A stretch of DNA of 64,000 nt from Eledone cirrhosa (taxonomy: Eukaryota), in the NCBI GenBank assembly GCA_964016885.1, contig OZ024742.1, positions 349,370,001 through 349,434,000 of the forward strand. Reading direction: 5' to 3'. Both the position numbers and the translations under genes were made by a program. The notes beneath the pieces were generated by a model, which saw nothing but the letters and a program-made list of their open reading frames with translations, was not told the DNA's origin and made no database searches. Positions 1 through 14,800 of this stretch are shown piece after piece; the first letter of the stretch is position 1; each line of letters opens with the position of its first letter.

Positions 1-880
1 TCTGATATCATTGCAGGAACCCTGTCTAAAATTCTATAAGTCTGATATCATCGCAGAACCCTGTCTAAAACTCTCTAACTCTGATATCATTGCAGAACCC
101 TGTCTAAAATTCTATAACTCTGATATCATCGCAGTACCCTGTCTAAAACTATATAACTCTGATATCATTGCGGTACCCTGTCTAAAACTCTATAACTCTG
201 ATATCATCGCAGTACCCTGTTTAAATCTCTATAACTCTGATATCATCGCAGTAGCCTGTCTAGAACTCTATAACTCTGATATCATCGCAGTACCCTGTCT
301 AAAACTCTATAACTCCGATATCATCGCAGTACCCTGTCTAAAACTCTATAACTCTGATATCATCGCAGTACCTGTCTACAACTCTATAACTCTGATATCA
401 TCGCAGTACCCTGTCTAGAACTCTATAACTCTGATATCATCGCAGAACCCTGTCTAAACTCTCTAACTCTGATATCATTGCAGGAACCCTGTCTAAAATT
501 CTATAAGTCTGATATCATCGCAGAACCCTGTCTAAAACTCTCTAACTCTGATATCATTGCAGAACCCTGTCTAAAATTCTATAACTCTGATATCATCGCA
601 GTACCCTGTCTAAAACTATATAACTCTGATATCATTGCGGTACCCTGTCTAAAACTCTATAACTCTGATATCATCGCAGTACCCTGTTTAAATCTCTATA
701 ACTCTGATATCATCGCAGTAGCCTGTCTAGAACTCTATAACTCTGATATCATCGCAGTACCCTGTCTAAAACTCTATAACTCCGATATCATCGCAGTACC
801 CTGTCTAAAACTCTATAACTCTGATATCATCGCAGTACCTGTCTACAACTCCATAACTCTGATATCATCGCAGTACCCTG
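1..880 (+). repeat. 12-monomer (467 bp) tandem duplication within the array
   Basis: The marker GCAGGAACCC...ATAAGTCT and the following variant order recur at offset 467 = 12x39-1. Identical translated ORFs start at 11 and 478. Confidence 0.85.
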
Positions 881-2234
881 TCTAAAACTCTATAACTCTG
901 ATATCATCGCAGTACCTGTCTAAAACTCTATAACTCTGATATCATTGCAGTACCCTGTCTAAAACTCTCTAACTCTGATATCATCGCAGTACCCTGTCTA
1001 AAACTCTATTATTCTGATATCATTGCAGTACCCTGTCTAAAACTCTATAACTCTGATAACATCGCAAAAACCTGTCTAAATCTCTATAACTCTGATATCA
1101 TCGCAGTACCCTGTCTAAAACTCTATAACTCTGATATCATCGCAGAACCCTGTCTAAAACTCTATAACTCTGATATCATTGCATTACCCTGTCTAAAACT
1201 CTATAACTCTGATATCATCGCAGTACCCTGTCTAAAACTCTATAACTCTGATATCATTGCAGTACCCTTTTTAAAATGCTATAACTCTGATATCATCGCA
1301 GTACCCTGTCTAAAACTCCATAACTCTGATATCATCGCAGTACCCTGTCTAAAACTCTATATCTCTGATATAATTGCAGTACCCTGTCTAAAACTCTATA
1401 ACTCTGATATCATCGCAGTACCTGTCTAAAATTCTATAACTCTGATATCATCGCAGTACCCTGTCTAAAACTCTATAACTCCGATATCATCGCAGAACCC
1501 TGTCTAAAACTCTATAACTCTGATATCATCGCAGTACCCTGTCTAGAACTCTATATCTCTGATATCATCGCAGTACCCTGTCTAAAACTCTATAACTCTG
1601 ATATCATCGCAGTACCCTGTCTAAAACTCTATAACTCCGATATCATCGCAGAGCCCTGTCTAAAACTCTATAACTCTGATATCATTGCATTAACCTGTCT
1701 AAAATTCTATAACTCTGATATCATCGCAGTACCCTGTCTAAAACTCTATAACTCCGATATCATCGCAGAACCCTGTCTAAAACTCTATAACTCTGATATC
1801 ATTGCAGTACCCTGTCTAAAACTCTATAACTCTGATATCATCGCAGTACCCTGTCTAAAACTCTATAACTCTGATATCATCGCAGTACCCTGTTTAAATC
1901 TCTATAACTCTGATATCATCGCAGTACCCTGTCTAGAACTCTATATCTCTGATATCATCGCAGTACCCTGTCTAAAACTCTATAACTCTGATATCATTGC
2001 AGTATCCTGTCTAAAACTCTCTAACTCTGATATCATCGCAGTACCCTGTCTAAAACTCTATAACTCTGATATCATCGCAGTACCCTGTCTAAAACTCTAT
2101 AACTCTGATAACATCGCAAAACCCTGTCTAAATCTCTATAACTCTGATATCATCGCAGTAGCCTGTCTAGAACTCTATAACTCTGATATCATCGCAGTAC
2201 CCTGTCTAGAACTCTATAACTCTGATATCATCGC

Positions 2235-3870
2235 AGAACCCTGTCTAAACTCTCTAACTCTGATATCATTGCAGGAACCCTGTCTAAAATTCTATAAGTC
2301 TGATATCATCGCAGAACCCTGTCTAAAACTCTCTAACTCTGATATCATTGCAGAACCCTGTCTAAAATTCTATAACTCTGATATCATCGCAGTACCCTGT
2401 CTAAAACTATATAACTCTGATATCATTGCGGTACCCTGTCTAAAACTCTATAACTCTGATATCATCGCAGTACCCTGTTTAAATCTCTATAACTCTGATA
2501 TCATCGCAGTAGCCTGTCTAGAACTCTATAACTCTGATATCATCGCAGTACCCTGTCTAAAACTCTATAACTCCGATATCATCGCAGTACCCTGTCTAAA
2601 ACTCTATAACTCTGATATCATCGCAGTACCTGTCTACAACTCCATAACTCTGATATCATCGCAGTACCCTGTCTAAAACTCTATAACTCTGATATCATCG
2701 CAGTACCTGTCTAAAACTCTATAACTCTGATATCATTGCAGTACCCTGTCTAAAACTCTCTAACTCTGATATCATCGCAGTACCCTGTCTAAAACTCTAT
2801 TATTCTGATATCATTGCAGTACCCTGTCTAAAACTCTATAACTCTGATAACATCGCAAAAACCTGTCTAAATCTCTATAACTCTGATATCATCGCAGTAC
2901 CCTGTCTAAAACTCTATAACTCTGATATCATCGCAGAACCCTGTCTAAAACTCTATAACTCTGATATCATTGCATTACCCTGTCTAAAACTCTATAACTC
3001 TGATATCATCGCAGTACCCTGTCTAAAACTCTATAACTCTGATATCATTGCAGAACCCTGTCTAAACTCTCTAACTCTGATATCATTGCAGGAACCCTGT
3101 CTAAAATTCTATAAGTCTGATATCATCGCAGAACCCTGTCTAAAACTCTCTAACTCTGATATCATTGCAGAACCCTGTCTAAAATTCTATAACTCTGATA
3201 TCATCGCAGTACCCTGTCTAAAACTATATAACTCTGATATCATTGCGGTACCCTGTCTAAAACTCTATAACTCTGATATCATCGCAGTACCCTGTTTAAA
3301 TCTCTATAACTCTGATATCATCGCAGTAGCCTGTCTAGAACTCTATAACTCTGATATCATCGCAGTACCCTGTCTAAAACTCTATAACTCCGATATCATC
3401 GCAGTACCCTGTCTAAAACTCTATAACTCTGATATCATCGCAGTACCTGTCTACAACTCCATAACTCTGATATCATCGCAGTACCCTGTCTAAAACTCTA
3501 TAACTCTGATATCATCGCAGTACCTGTCTAAAACTCTATAACTCTGATATCATTGCAGTACCCTGTCTAAAACTCTCTAACTCTGATATCATCGCAGTAC
3601 CCTGTCTAAAACTCTATTATTCTGATATCATTGCAGTACCCTGTCTAAAACTCTATAACTCTGATAACATCGCAAAAACCTGTCTAAATCTCTATAACTC
3701 TGATATCATCGCAGTACCCTGTCTAAAACTCTATAACTCTGATATCATCGCAGAACCCTGTCTAAAACTCTATAACTCTGATATCATTGCATTACCCTGT
3801 CTAAAACTCTATAACTCTGATATCATCGCAGTACCCTGTCTAAAACTCTATAACTCTGATATCATTGCAG
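2235..3870 (+). repeat. 21-monomer (817 bp) tandem duplication
   Basis: Identical ORFs at 2269 and 3086 (offset 817 = 21x39-2). The AACATCGCAAAAACC marker lies at ~2849 and ~3666. Confidence 0.85.
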
Positions 3871-4489
3871 TACCCTTTTTAAAATGCTATAACTCTGATA
3901 TCATCGCAGTACCCTGTCTAAAACTCCATAACTCTGATATCATCGCAGTACCCTGTCTAAAACTCTATATCTCTGATATAATTGCAGTACCCTGTCTAAA
4001 ACTCTATAACTCTGATATCATCGCAGTACCTGTCTAAAACTCTATAACTCTGATATCATCGCAGTACCCTGTCTAAAACTCTATAACTCCGATATTATCG
4101 CAGAACCCTGTCTAAAACTCTATAACTCTGATATAATTGCAGTACCCTGTCTAAAATTCTATAACTCTGATATCATCGCAGTACCCTGTCTAGAACTCTA
4201 TATCTCTGATATCATCGCAGTACCCTGTCTAAAACTCTATAACTCTGATATCATCGCAGTACCCTGTCTAAAACTCTATAACTCCGATATCATCGCAGAA
4301 CCCTGTCTAAAACTCTATAACTCTGATATCATTGCATTACCCTGTCTAAAACTCTATAACTCTGATATCATCGCAGTACCCTGTCTAAAACTCTATAACT
4401 CCGATATCATCGCAGAACCCTGTCTGAAACTCTATAACTCTGAAATCATTGCAGTACCCTGTCTAAATCTCTATAACTCTGATATCATC

Positions 4490-7400
4490 GCAGTAGCCTG
4501 TCTAGAACTCTATAACTCTGATATCATCGCAGTAGCCTGTCTAGAACTCTATAACTCTGATATCATCGCAGAACCCTGTCTAAAACTCTCTAACTCTGAT
4601 ATCATTGCAGTACCCTGTCTAAAATTCTATAACTCTGATATCATCGCAGAACCCTGTCTAAAACTCTGTAACTCTGATATCATTGCAGAACCCTGTCTAA
4701 AATTATATAACTCTGATATCATTGCGGTACCCTGTCTATAACTCTATAACTCTGATATCATCGCAGTACCCTGTTTAAATCTCTATAACTCTGATATCAT
4801 CGCAGTACCCTGTCTAGAACACTATAACTCTGATATCATCGCAGTACCCTGTCTAAAACTCTATAACTCTGATATCATCGCAGTACCGGTCTACAACTCT
4901 ATAACTCTGATATTATTGCAGTACCCTGTCTAAAACTCTATAACTCTGATATCATCGCAGTACCCTGTCTAGAACTCTATAACTCTGATATCATCGCAGT
5001 ACCCTGTCTAAAACTCTATAACTCCGATATCATCGCAGTACCCTGTCTAAAACTCTATAACTCCGATATCATCACAGAACCCTGTCTAAAACTCTATAAC
5101 TCTGATATTATTGCAGTACCCTGTCTAAAACTCTATAACTCTGATATCATCGCAGTACCCTGTCTAGAACTCTATAACTCTGATATCATCGCAGAACCCT
5201 GTCTAAAACTCTATAATTCTGATATCATCGCAGTACCCTGTTTAAATCTCTATAACTCTGATATCATCGCAGTACCCTGTCTAGAACTCTATAACTCTGG
5301 TATAATCGCAGTACCCTGTCTAAAACTCTACAACTCTGATATCATCGCAGTACCTGTCTACAACTCTATAACTCTGATATCATCGCAGTACCCTATCTAG
5401 AACTCTATAACACTGATATCATCGCAGTACCCTGTCTAAAACTCTATTACTGTGATATCATCGCAGTACCCTGTCTAGAACTCTATAACTCTGATATCAT
5501 TGCAGTACCTTGTCTAAAATTCTATAACTCTGATATCATCGCAGTACCCTGTCTAAAACTCCATAACTCTGATATCATCGCAGTACCCTGTCTAAAACTC
5601 TATATCTCTGATATAATTGCAGTACCCTGTCTAAAACTCTATAACTCTGATATCATCGCAGTACCTGTCTAAAACTCTATAACTCTGATATCATCGCAGT
5701 ACCCTGTCTAGAACTCTATATCTCTGATATCATCGCAGTACCCTGTCTAAAACACTATAACTCTGATATCATCGCAGTACCCTGTCTAAAACTCTATAAC
5801 TCCGATATCATCGCAGAACCCTGTCTAAAACTCTATAACTCTGATATCATTGCAGTACCCTTTTTAAAATGCTATAACTCTGATATCATCGCAGTACCCT
5901 GTCTAAAACTCCATAACTCTGATATCATCGCAGTACCCTGTCTAAAACTCTATATCTCTGATATAATTGCAGTACCCTGTCTAAAACTCTATAACTCTGA
6001 TATCATCGCAGTACCTGTCTAAAATTCTATAACTCTGATATCATCGCAGTACCCTGTCTAAAACTCTATAACTCCGATATCATCGCAGAACCCTGTCTAA
6101 AACTCTATAACTCTGATATCATCGCAGTACCCTGTCTAGAACTCTATATCTCTGATATCATCGCAGTACCCTGTCTAAAACTCTATAACTCTGATATCAT
6201 CGCAGTACCCTGTCTAAAACTCTATAACTCCGATATCATCGCAGAGCCCTGTCTAAAACTCTATAACTCTGATATCATTGCATTAACCTGTCTAAAATTC
6301 TATAACTCTGATATCATCGCAGTACCCTGTCTAAAACTCTATAACTCCGATATCATCGCAGAACCCTGTCTAAAACTCTATAACTCTGATATCATTGCAG
6401 TACCCTGTCTAAAACTCTATAACTCTGATATCATCGCAGTACCCTGTCTAAAACTCTATAACTCTGATATCATTGCAGTACCCTGTCTAAAACTCTATAA
6501 CTCTGATAACATCGCAAAACCCTGTCTAAATCTCTATAACTCTGATATCATCGCAGTAGCCTGTCTAGAACTCTATAACTCTGATATCATCGCAGTACCC
6601 TGTCTAGAACTCTATAACTCTGATATCATCGCAGAACCCTGTCTAAAACTCTCTAACTCTGATATCATTGCAGTACCCTGTCTAAAATTCTATAACTCTG
6701 ATATCATCGCAGAACCCTGTCTAAAACTCTATAACTCTGATATCATCGCAGTACCCTGTCTAGAACTCTATAACTCTGATATCATCGCAGAACCCTGTCT
6801 AAAACTCTCTAACTCTGATATCATTGCAGTACCCTGTCTAAAATTCTATAACTCTGATATCATCGCAGAACCCTGTTTAAACCCTCTAACTCTGATATCA
6901 TTGCAGAATCTGTCTAAAATTCTATAACTCTGATATCATCGCAGTACCCTGTCTAAAACTCTATAACTCTGATATCATTGCAGTACCCTTTTTAAAATTC
7001 TATAACTCTGATATTATGGCAGTACCCTGTCTAAAACTATATAACTCTGATATCATTGCGGTACCCTGTCTAAAACTCTATAACTCTGATATCATCGCAG
7101 TACCCTGTTTAAATCTCTATAACTCTGATATCATCGCAGTACCCTGTCTAGAACTCTATAACTCTGATATCATCGCAGTACCCTGTCTAAAACTCTATAA
7201 CTCCGATATCATCGCAGTACCCTGTCTAAAACTCTATAACTCTGATATCATCGCAGTACCTGTCTACAACTCCATAACTCTGATATCATCGCAGTACCCT
7301 GTCTAAAACTCTATAACTCTGATATCATCGCAGTACCTGTCTAGAACTCTATAACTCTGATATCATCGCAGTAGCCTGTCTAGAACTCTATAACTCTGAT

Positions 7401-10100
7401 ATCATCGCAGAACCCTGTCTAAAACTCTCTAACTCTGATATCATTGCAGTACCCTGTCTAAAATTCTATAACTCTGATATCATCGCAGAACCCTGTCTAA
7501 AACTCTGTAACTCTGATATCATTGCAGAACCCTGTCTAAAATTATATAACTCTGATATCATTGCGGTACCCTGTCTATAACTCTATAACTCTGATATCAT
7601 CGCAGTACCCTGTTTAAATCTCTATAACTCTGATATCATCGCAGTACCCTGTCTAGAACTCTATAACTCTGATATCATCGCAGTACCCTGTCTAAAACTC
7701 TATAACTCTGATATCATCGCAGTACCGGTCTACAACTCTATAACTCTGATATCATCGCAGTACCCTGTCTAAAACTCTATAACTCCGATATCATCGCAGT
7801 ACCCTGTCTAAAACTCTATAACTCCGATATCATCACAGAACCCTGTCTAAAACTCTATAACTCTGATATTATTGCTGTACCCTGTCTAAAACTCTATAAC
7901 TCTGATATCATCGCAGTACCCTGTCTAGAACTCTATAACTCTGATATCATCGCAGAACCCTGTCTAAAACTCTATAATTCTGATATCATCGCAGTACCCT
8001 GTTTAAATCTCTATAACTCTGATATCATCGCAGTACCCTGTCTAGAACTCTATAACTCTGGTATAATCGCAGTACCCTGTCTAAAACTCTACAACTCTGA
8101 TATCATCGCAGTACCTGTCTACAACTCTATAACTCTGATATCATCGCAGTACCCTATCTAGAACTCTATAACACTGATATCATCGCAGTACCCTGTCTAA
8201 AACTCTATTACTCTGATATCATCGCAGTACCCTGTCTAGAACTCTATAACTCTGATATCATTGCAGTACCTTGTCTAAAATTCTATAACTCTGATATCAT
8301 CGCAGTACCCTGTCTAAAACTCCATAACTCTGATATCATCGCAGTACCCTGTCTAAAACTCTATATCTCTGATATAATTGCAGTACCCTGTCTAAAACTC
8401 TATAACTCTGATATCATCGCAGTACCTGTCTAAAACTCTATAACTCTGATATCATCGCAGTACCCTGTCTAGAACTCTATATCTCTGATATCATCGCAGT
8501 ACCCTGTCTAAAACACTATAACTCTGATATCATCGCAGTACCCTGTCTAAAACTCTATAACTCCGATATCATCGCAGAACCCTGTCTAAAACTCTATAAC
8601 TCTGATATCATTGCAGTACCCTTTTTAAAATGCTATAACTCTGATATCATCGCAGTACCCTGTCTAAAACTCCATAACTCTGATATCATCGCAGTACCCT
8701 GTCTAAAACTCTATATCTCTGATATAATTGCAGTACCCTGTCTAAAACTCTATAACTCTGATATCATCGCAGTACCTGTCTAAAATTCTATAACTCTGAT
8801 ATCATCGCAGTACCCTGTCTAAAACTCTATAACTCCGATATCATCGCAGAACCCTGTCTAAAACTCTATAACTCTGATATCATCGCAGTACCCTGTCTAG
8901 AACTCTATATCTCTGATATCATCGCAGTACCCTGTCTAAAACTCTATAACTCTGATATCATCGCAGTACCCTGTCTAAAACTCTATAACTCCGATATCAT
9001 CGCAGAGCCCTGTCTAAAACTCTATAACTCTGATATCATTGCATTAACCTGTCTAAAATTCTATAACTCTGATATCATCGCAGTACCCTGTCTAAAACTC
9101 TATAACTCCGATATCATCGCAGAACCCTGTCTAAAACTCTATAACTCTGATATCATTGCAGTACCCTGTCTAAAACTCTATAACTCTGATATCATCGCAG
9201 TACCCTGTCTAAAACTCTATAACTCTGATATCATTGCAGTACCCTGTCTAAAACTCTATAACTCTGATAACATCGCAAAACCCTGTCTAAATCTCTATAA
9301 CTCTGATATCATCGCAGTAGCCTGTCTAGAACTCTATAACTCTGATATCATCGCAGTACCCTGTCTAGAACTCTATAACTCTGATATCATCGCAGAACCC
9401 TGTCTAAAACTCTCTAACTCTGATATCATTGCAGTACCCTGTCTAAAATTCTATAACTCTGATATCATCGCAGAACCCTGTCTAAAACTCTATAACTCTG
9501 ATATCATCGCAGTACCCTGTCTAGAACTCTATAACTCTGATATCATCGCAGAACCCTGTCTAAAACTCTCTAACTCTGATATCATTGCAGTACCCTGTCT
9601 AAAATTCTATAACTCTGATATCATCGCAGAACCCTGTCTAAAACTCTCTAACTCTGATATCATTGCAGAACCCTGTCTAAAATTCTATAACTCTGATATC
9701 ATCGCAGTACCCTGTCTAAAACTCTATAACTCTGATATCATTGCAGTACCCTTTTTAAAATTCTATAACTCTGATATTATGGCAGTACCCTGTCTAAAAC
9801 TATATAACTCTGATATCATTGCGGTACCCTGTCTAAAACTCTATAACTCTGATATCATCGCAGTACCCTGTTTAAATCTCTATAACTCTGATATCATCGC
9901 AGTAGCCTGTCTAGAACTCTATAACTCTGATATCATCGCAGTACCCTGTCTAAAACTCTATAACTCCGATATCATCGCAGTACCCTGTCTAAAACTCTAT
10001 AACTCTGATATCATCGCAGTACCTGTCTACAACTCCATAACTCTGATAACATCGCAGTACCCTGTCTAAAACTCTATAACTCTGATATCATCGCAGTACC
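4490..10100 (+). repeat. ~71-monomer (~2.76 kb) tandem duplication
   Basis: Rare markers are paired at ~2761-2763 offset: GGTATAATC (~5299/~8060), AACACTATA (~5751/~8512), GAGCCC (~6245/~9006), TATTATGGCA (ATG at 7016/9779). Confidence 0.85.
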
Positions 10101-11869
10101 TGTCTAAAACTCTATAACTCTGATATCATTGCAGTACCCTGTCTAAAACTCTCTAACTCTGATATCATCGCAGTACCCTGTCTAAAACTCTATTATTCTG
10201 ATATCATTGCAGTACCCTGTCTAAAACTCTATAACTCTGATAACATCGCAAAACCCTGTCTAAATCTCTATAACTCTGATATCATCGCAGTACCCTGTCT
10301 AGAACTCTATAACTCTGATATCATCGCAGAACCCTGTCTAAAACTCTCTAACTCTGATATCATTGCAGTACCCTGTCTAAAATTTTATAACTCTGATATC
10401 ATCGCAGAACCCTGTCTAAAACTCATTAACTCTGATATCATTGCAGAACCCTGTCTAAAATTCTATAACTCTGATATCATCGCAGTACCCTGTCTAAAAC
10501 TCTATAACTCTGATATCATTGCAGTACCCAGTCTAAAATTCTATAACTCTGATATCATCGCAGTACCCTGTCTAAAACTATATATCTCTGATATCATTGC
10601 GGTACCCTGTCTAAAACTCTATAATTCTGATATCATCGCAGTACCCTGTTTAAATCTCTATAACTCTGATATCATCGCAGTACCCTGTCTAGAACTCTAT
10701 AACTCTGGTATCATCGCAGTACCCTGTCTAAAACTCTATAACTCTGATATCATCGCAGTACCTGTCTACAACTCTATAACTCTGATATCATCGCAGTACC
10801 CTATCTAGAACTCTATAACACTGATATCATCGCAGTACCCTGTCTAAAACTCTATAACTCTAATATCATCGCAGTACCCTGTCTAGAACTCTATAACTCT
10901 GATATCATTGCAGTACCCTGTCTAAAATTCTATAACTCTGATATCATCGCAGTACCCTGTCTAAAACTCCATAACTCTGATATCATCGCAGTACCCTGTC
11001 TAAAACTCTATATCTCTGATATAATTGTAGTACCCTGTCTAAAACTCTATAACTCTGATATCATCGCAGTACCTGTCTAAAACTCTATAACTCTGATATC
11101 ATCGCAGTACCATGTCTACAACTCTAGAACTCCGATATCATCGCAGAACCCTGTCTAAAACTCTATAACTCTGATATCATTGCATTACCCTGTCTAAAAC
11201 TCTATAACTCTGCTATCATCGCAGTACCCTGTCTAGAACTCTATATCTCTGATATCATCGCAGTACCCTGTCTAAAACTCTATAACTCTGATATCATCGC
11301 AGTACCCTGTCTACAACTCTAGAACTCCGATATCATCGCAGAACCCTGTCTAAAACTCTATAACTCTGATATCATTGCATTACCCTGTCTAAAACTCTCT
11401 AACTCTGATATCATTGCAGAACCCTGTCTAAAATTCTATAACTCTGATATCATCGCAGTACCCTGTCTAAAACTATATAACTCTGATATCATTGCGGTAC
11501 CCTGTCTAAAACTCTATAACTCTGATATCATCGCAGTACCCTGTTTAAATCTCTATAACTCTGATATCATCGCAGTACCCTGTCTAGAACTCTATAACTC
11601 TGATATCATCGCAGTACCCTGTCTAGAACTCTATAACTCTGATATCATTGCAGTACCTTGTCTAAAATTCTATAACTCTGATATCATCGCAGTACCCTGT
11701 CTAAAACTCCATAACTCTGATATCATCGCAGTACCCTGTCTAAAACACTATATCTCTGATATAATTGCAGTACCCTGTCTAAAACTCTATAACTCTGATA
11801 TCATCGCAGTACCTGTCTAAAACTCTATAACTCTGATATCATCGCAGTACCCTGTCTAAAACTCTATAA

Positions 11870-14800
11870 CTCCGATATCATCGCAGAACCCTGTCTAAAA
11901 CTCTATAACTCTGATATAATTGCAGTACCCTGTCTAAAATTCTATAACTCTGATATCATCGCAGTACCCTGTCTAGAACTCTATATCTCTGATATCATCG
12001 CAGTACCCTGTCTAAAACTCTATAACTCTGATATCATCGCAGTACCCTGTCTAAAACTCTATAACTCCGATATCATCGCAGAACCCTGTCTAAAACTCTA
12101 TAACTCTGATATCATTGCATTACCCTGTTTAAAACTCTATAACTCTGATATCATCGCAGTACTCTGTCTAAAACGCTATAACTCCGATATCATCGCAGAA
12201 CCCTGTCTAAAACTCTATAACTCTGATATCATTGCAGTACCCTGTCTAAAACTCTATAACTCTGATATCATCGCAGTACCCTGTCTAAAACTCTATAACT
12301 CTGATATCATTGCAGTACCCTGTCTAAAACTCTATAACTCTGATAACATCGCAAAACACTGTCTAAATCTCTATAACTCTGATATCATCGCAGTAGCCTG
12401 TCTAGAACTCTATAACTCTGATATCATCGCAGTACCCTGTCTAGAACTCTATAACTCAGATATCATCGCAGAACCCTGTCTAAAACTCTCTAACTCTGAT
12501 ATCATTGCAGTACCCTGTCTAAAATTCTATAACTCTGATATCATCGCAGAACCCTGTCTAAAACTCTCTAACTCTGATATCATTGCAGAACCCTGTCTAA
12601 AATTCTATAACTCTGATATCATCGCAGTACCCTGTCTAAAACTCTATAACTCTGATATCATTGCAGTACCCTTTTTAAAATTCTATAACTCTGATATCAT
12701 TGCAGTACCCTGTCTAAAATTCTATAACTCTGATATCATCGCAGAACCCTGTCTAAAACTCTCTAACTCTGATATCATCGCAGTACCCTGTCTAAAACTC
12801 TATAACTCTGATATCATTGCAGTACCCTTTTTTAAAATTCTATAACTCTGATATCATCGCAGTACCCTGTCTAAAACTATATAACTCTGATATCATTGCG
12901 GTACCCTGTCTAAAACTCTATAACTCTGATATCATCGCAGTACCCTGTTTAAATCTCTATAACTCTGATATCATCGCAGTACCCTGTCTAGAACTCTATA
13001 TCTCTGATATCATCGCAGTACCCTGTCTAAAACTCTATAACTCTGATATCATTGCAGTATCCTGTCTAAAACTCTCTAACTCTGATATCATCGCAGTACC
13101 CTGTCTAAAACTCTATAACTCTGATATCATCGCAGTACCCTGTCTAAAACTCTATAACTCTGATAACATCGCAAAACCCTGTCTAAATCTCTATAACTCT
13201 GATATCATCGCAGTAGCCTGTCTAGAACTCTATAACTCTGATATCATCGCAGTACCCTGTCTAGAACTCTATAACTCTGATATCATCGCAGAACCCTGTC
13301 TAAACTCTCTAACTCTGATATCATTGCAGGAACCCTGTCTAAAATTCTATAAGTCTGATATCATCGCAGAACCCTGTCTAAAACTCTCTAACTCTGATAT
13401 CATTGCAGAACCCTGTCTAAAATTCTATAACTCTGATATCATCGCAGTACCCTGTCTAAAACTATATAACTCTGATATCATTGCGGTACCCTGTCTAAAA
13501 CTCTATAACTCTGATATCATCGCAGTACCCTGTTTAAATCTCTATAACTCTGATATCATCGCAGTACCCTGTCTAGAACTCTATAACTCTGATATCATCG
13601 CAGTACCCTGTCTAAAACTCTATAACTCCGATATCATCGCAGTACCCTGTCTAAAACTCTATAACTCTGATATCATCGCAGTACCTGTCTACAACTCCAT
13701 AACTCTGATATAATCGCAGTACCCTGTCTAAAACTCTATAACTCTGATATCATCGCAGTACCTGTTTAAAACTCTATAACTCTGATATCATTGCAGTACC
13801 CTGTCTAAAACTCTCTAACTCTGATATCATCGCAGTACCCTGTCTAAAACTCTATTATTCTGATATCATTGCAGTACCCTGTCTAAAACTCTATAACTCT
13901 GATAACATCGCAAAACCCTGTCTAAATCTCTATAACTCTGATATCATCGCAGTACCCTGTCTAAAACTCTATAACTCCGATATCATCGCAGAACCCTGTC
14001 TAAAACTCTATAACTCTGATATCATTGCATTACCCTGTCTAAAACTCTATAACTCTGATATCATCGCAGTACCCTGTCTAAAACTCTATAACTCTGATAT
14101 CATTGCAGTACCCTTTTTAAAATGCTATAACTCTGATATCATCGCAGTACCCTGTCTAAAACTCCATAACTCTGATATCATCGCAGTACCCTGTCTAAAA
14201 CTCTATATCTCTGATATAATTGCAGTACCCTGTCTAAAACTCTATAACTCTGATATCATCGCAGTACCTGTCTAAAACTCTATATCTCTGATATCATCGC
14301 AGTACCCTGTCTAAAACTCTATAACTCCGATATCATCGCAGAACCCTGTCTAAAACTCTATAACTCTGATATAATTGCAGTACCCTGTCTAAAATTCTAT
14401 AACTCTGATATCATCGCAGTACCCTGTCTAGAACTCTATATCTCTGATATCATCGCAGTACCCTGTCTAAAACTCTATAACTCTGATATCATCGCAGTAC
14501 CCTGTCTAAAACTCTATAACTCCGATATCATCGCAGAACCCTGTCTAAAACTCTATAACTCTGATATCATTGCATTACCCTGTCTAAAACTCTATAACTC
14601 TGATATCATCGCAGTACCCTGTCTAAAACTCTATAACTCCGATATCATCGCAGAACCCTGTCTGAAACTCTATAACTCTGAAATCATTGCAGTACCCTGT
14701 CTAAATCTCTATAACTCTGATATCATCGCAGTAGCCTGTCTAGAACTCTATAACTCTGATATCATCGCAGTAGCCTGTCTAGAACTCTATAACTCTGATA

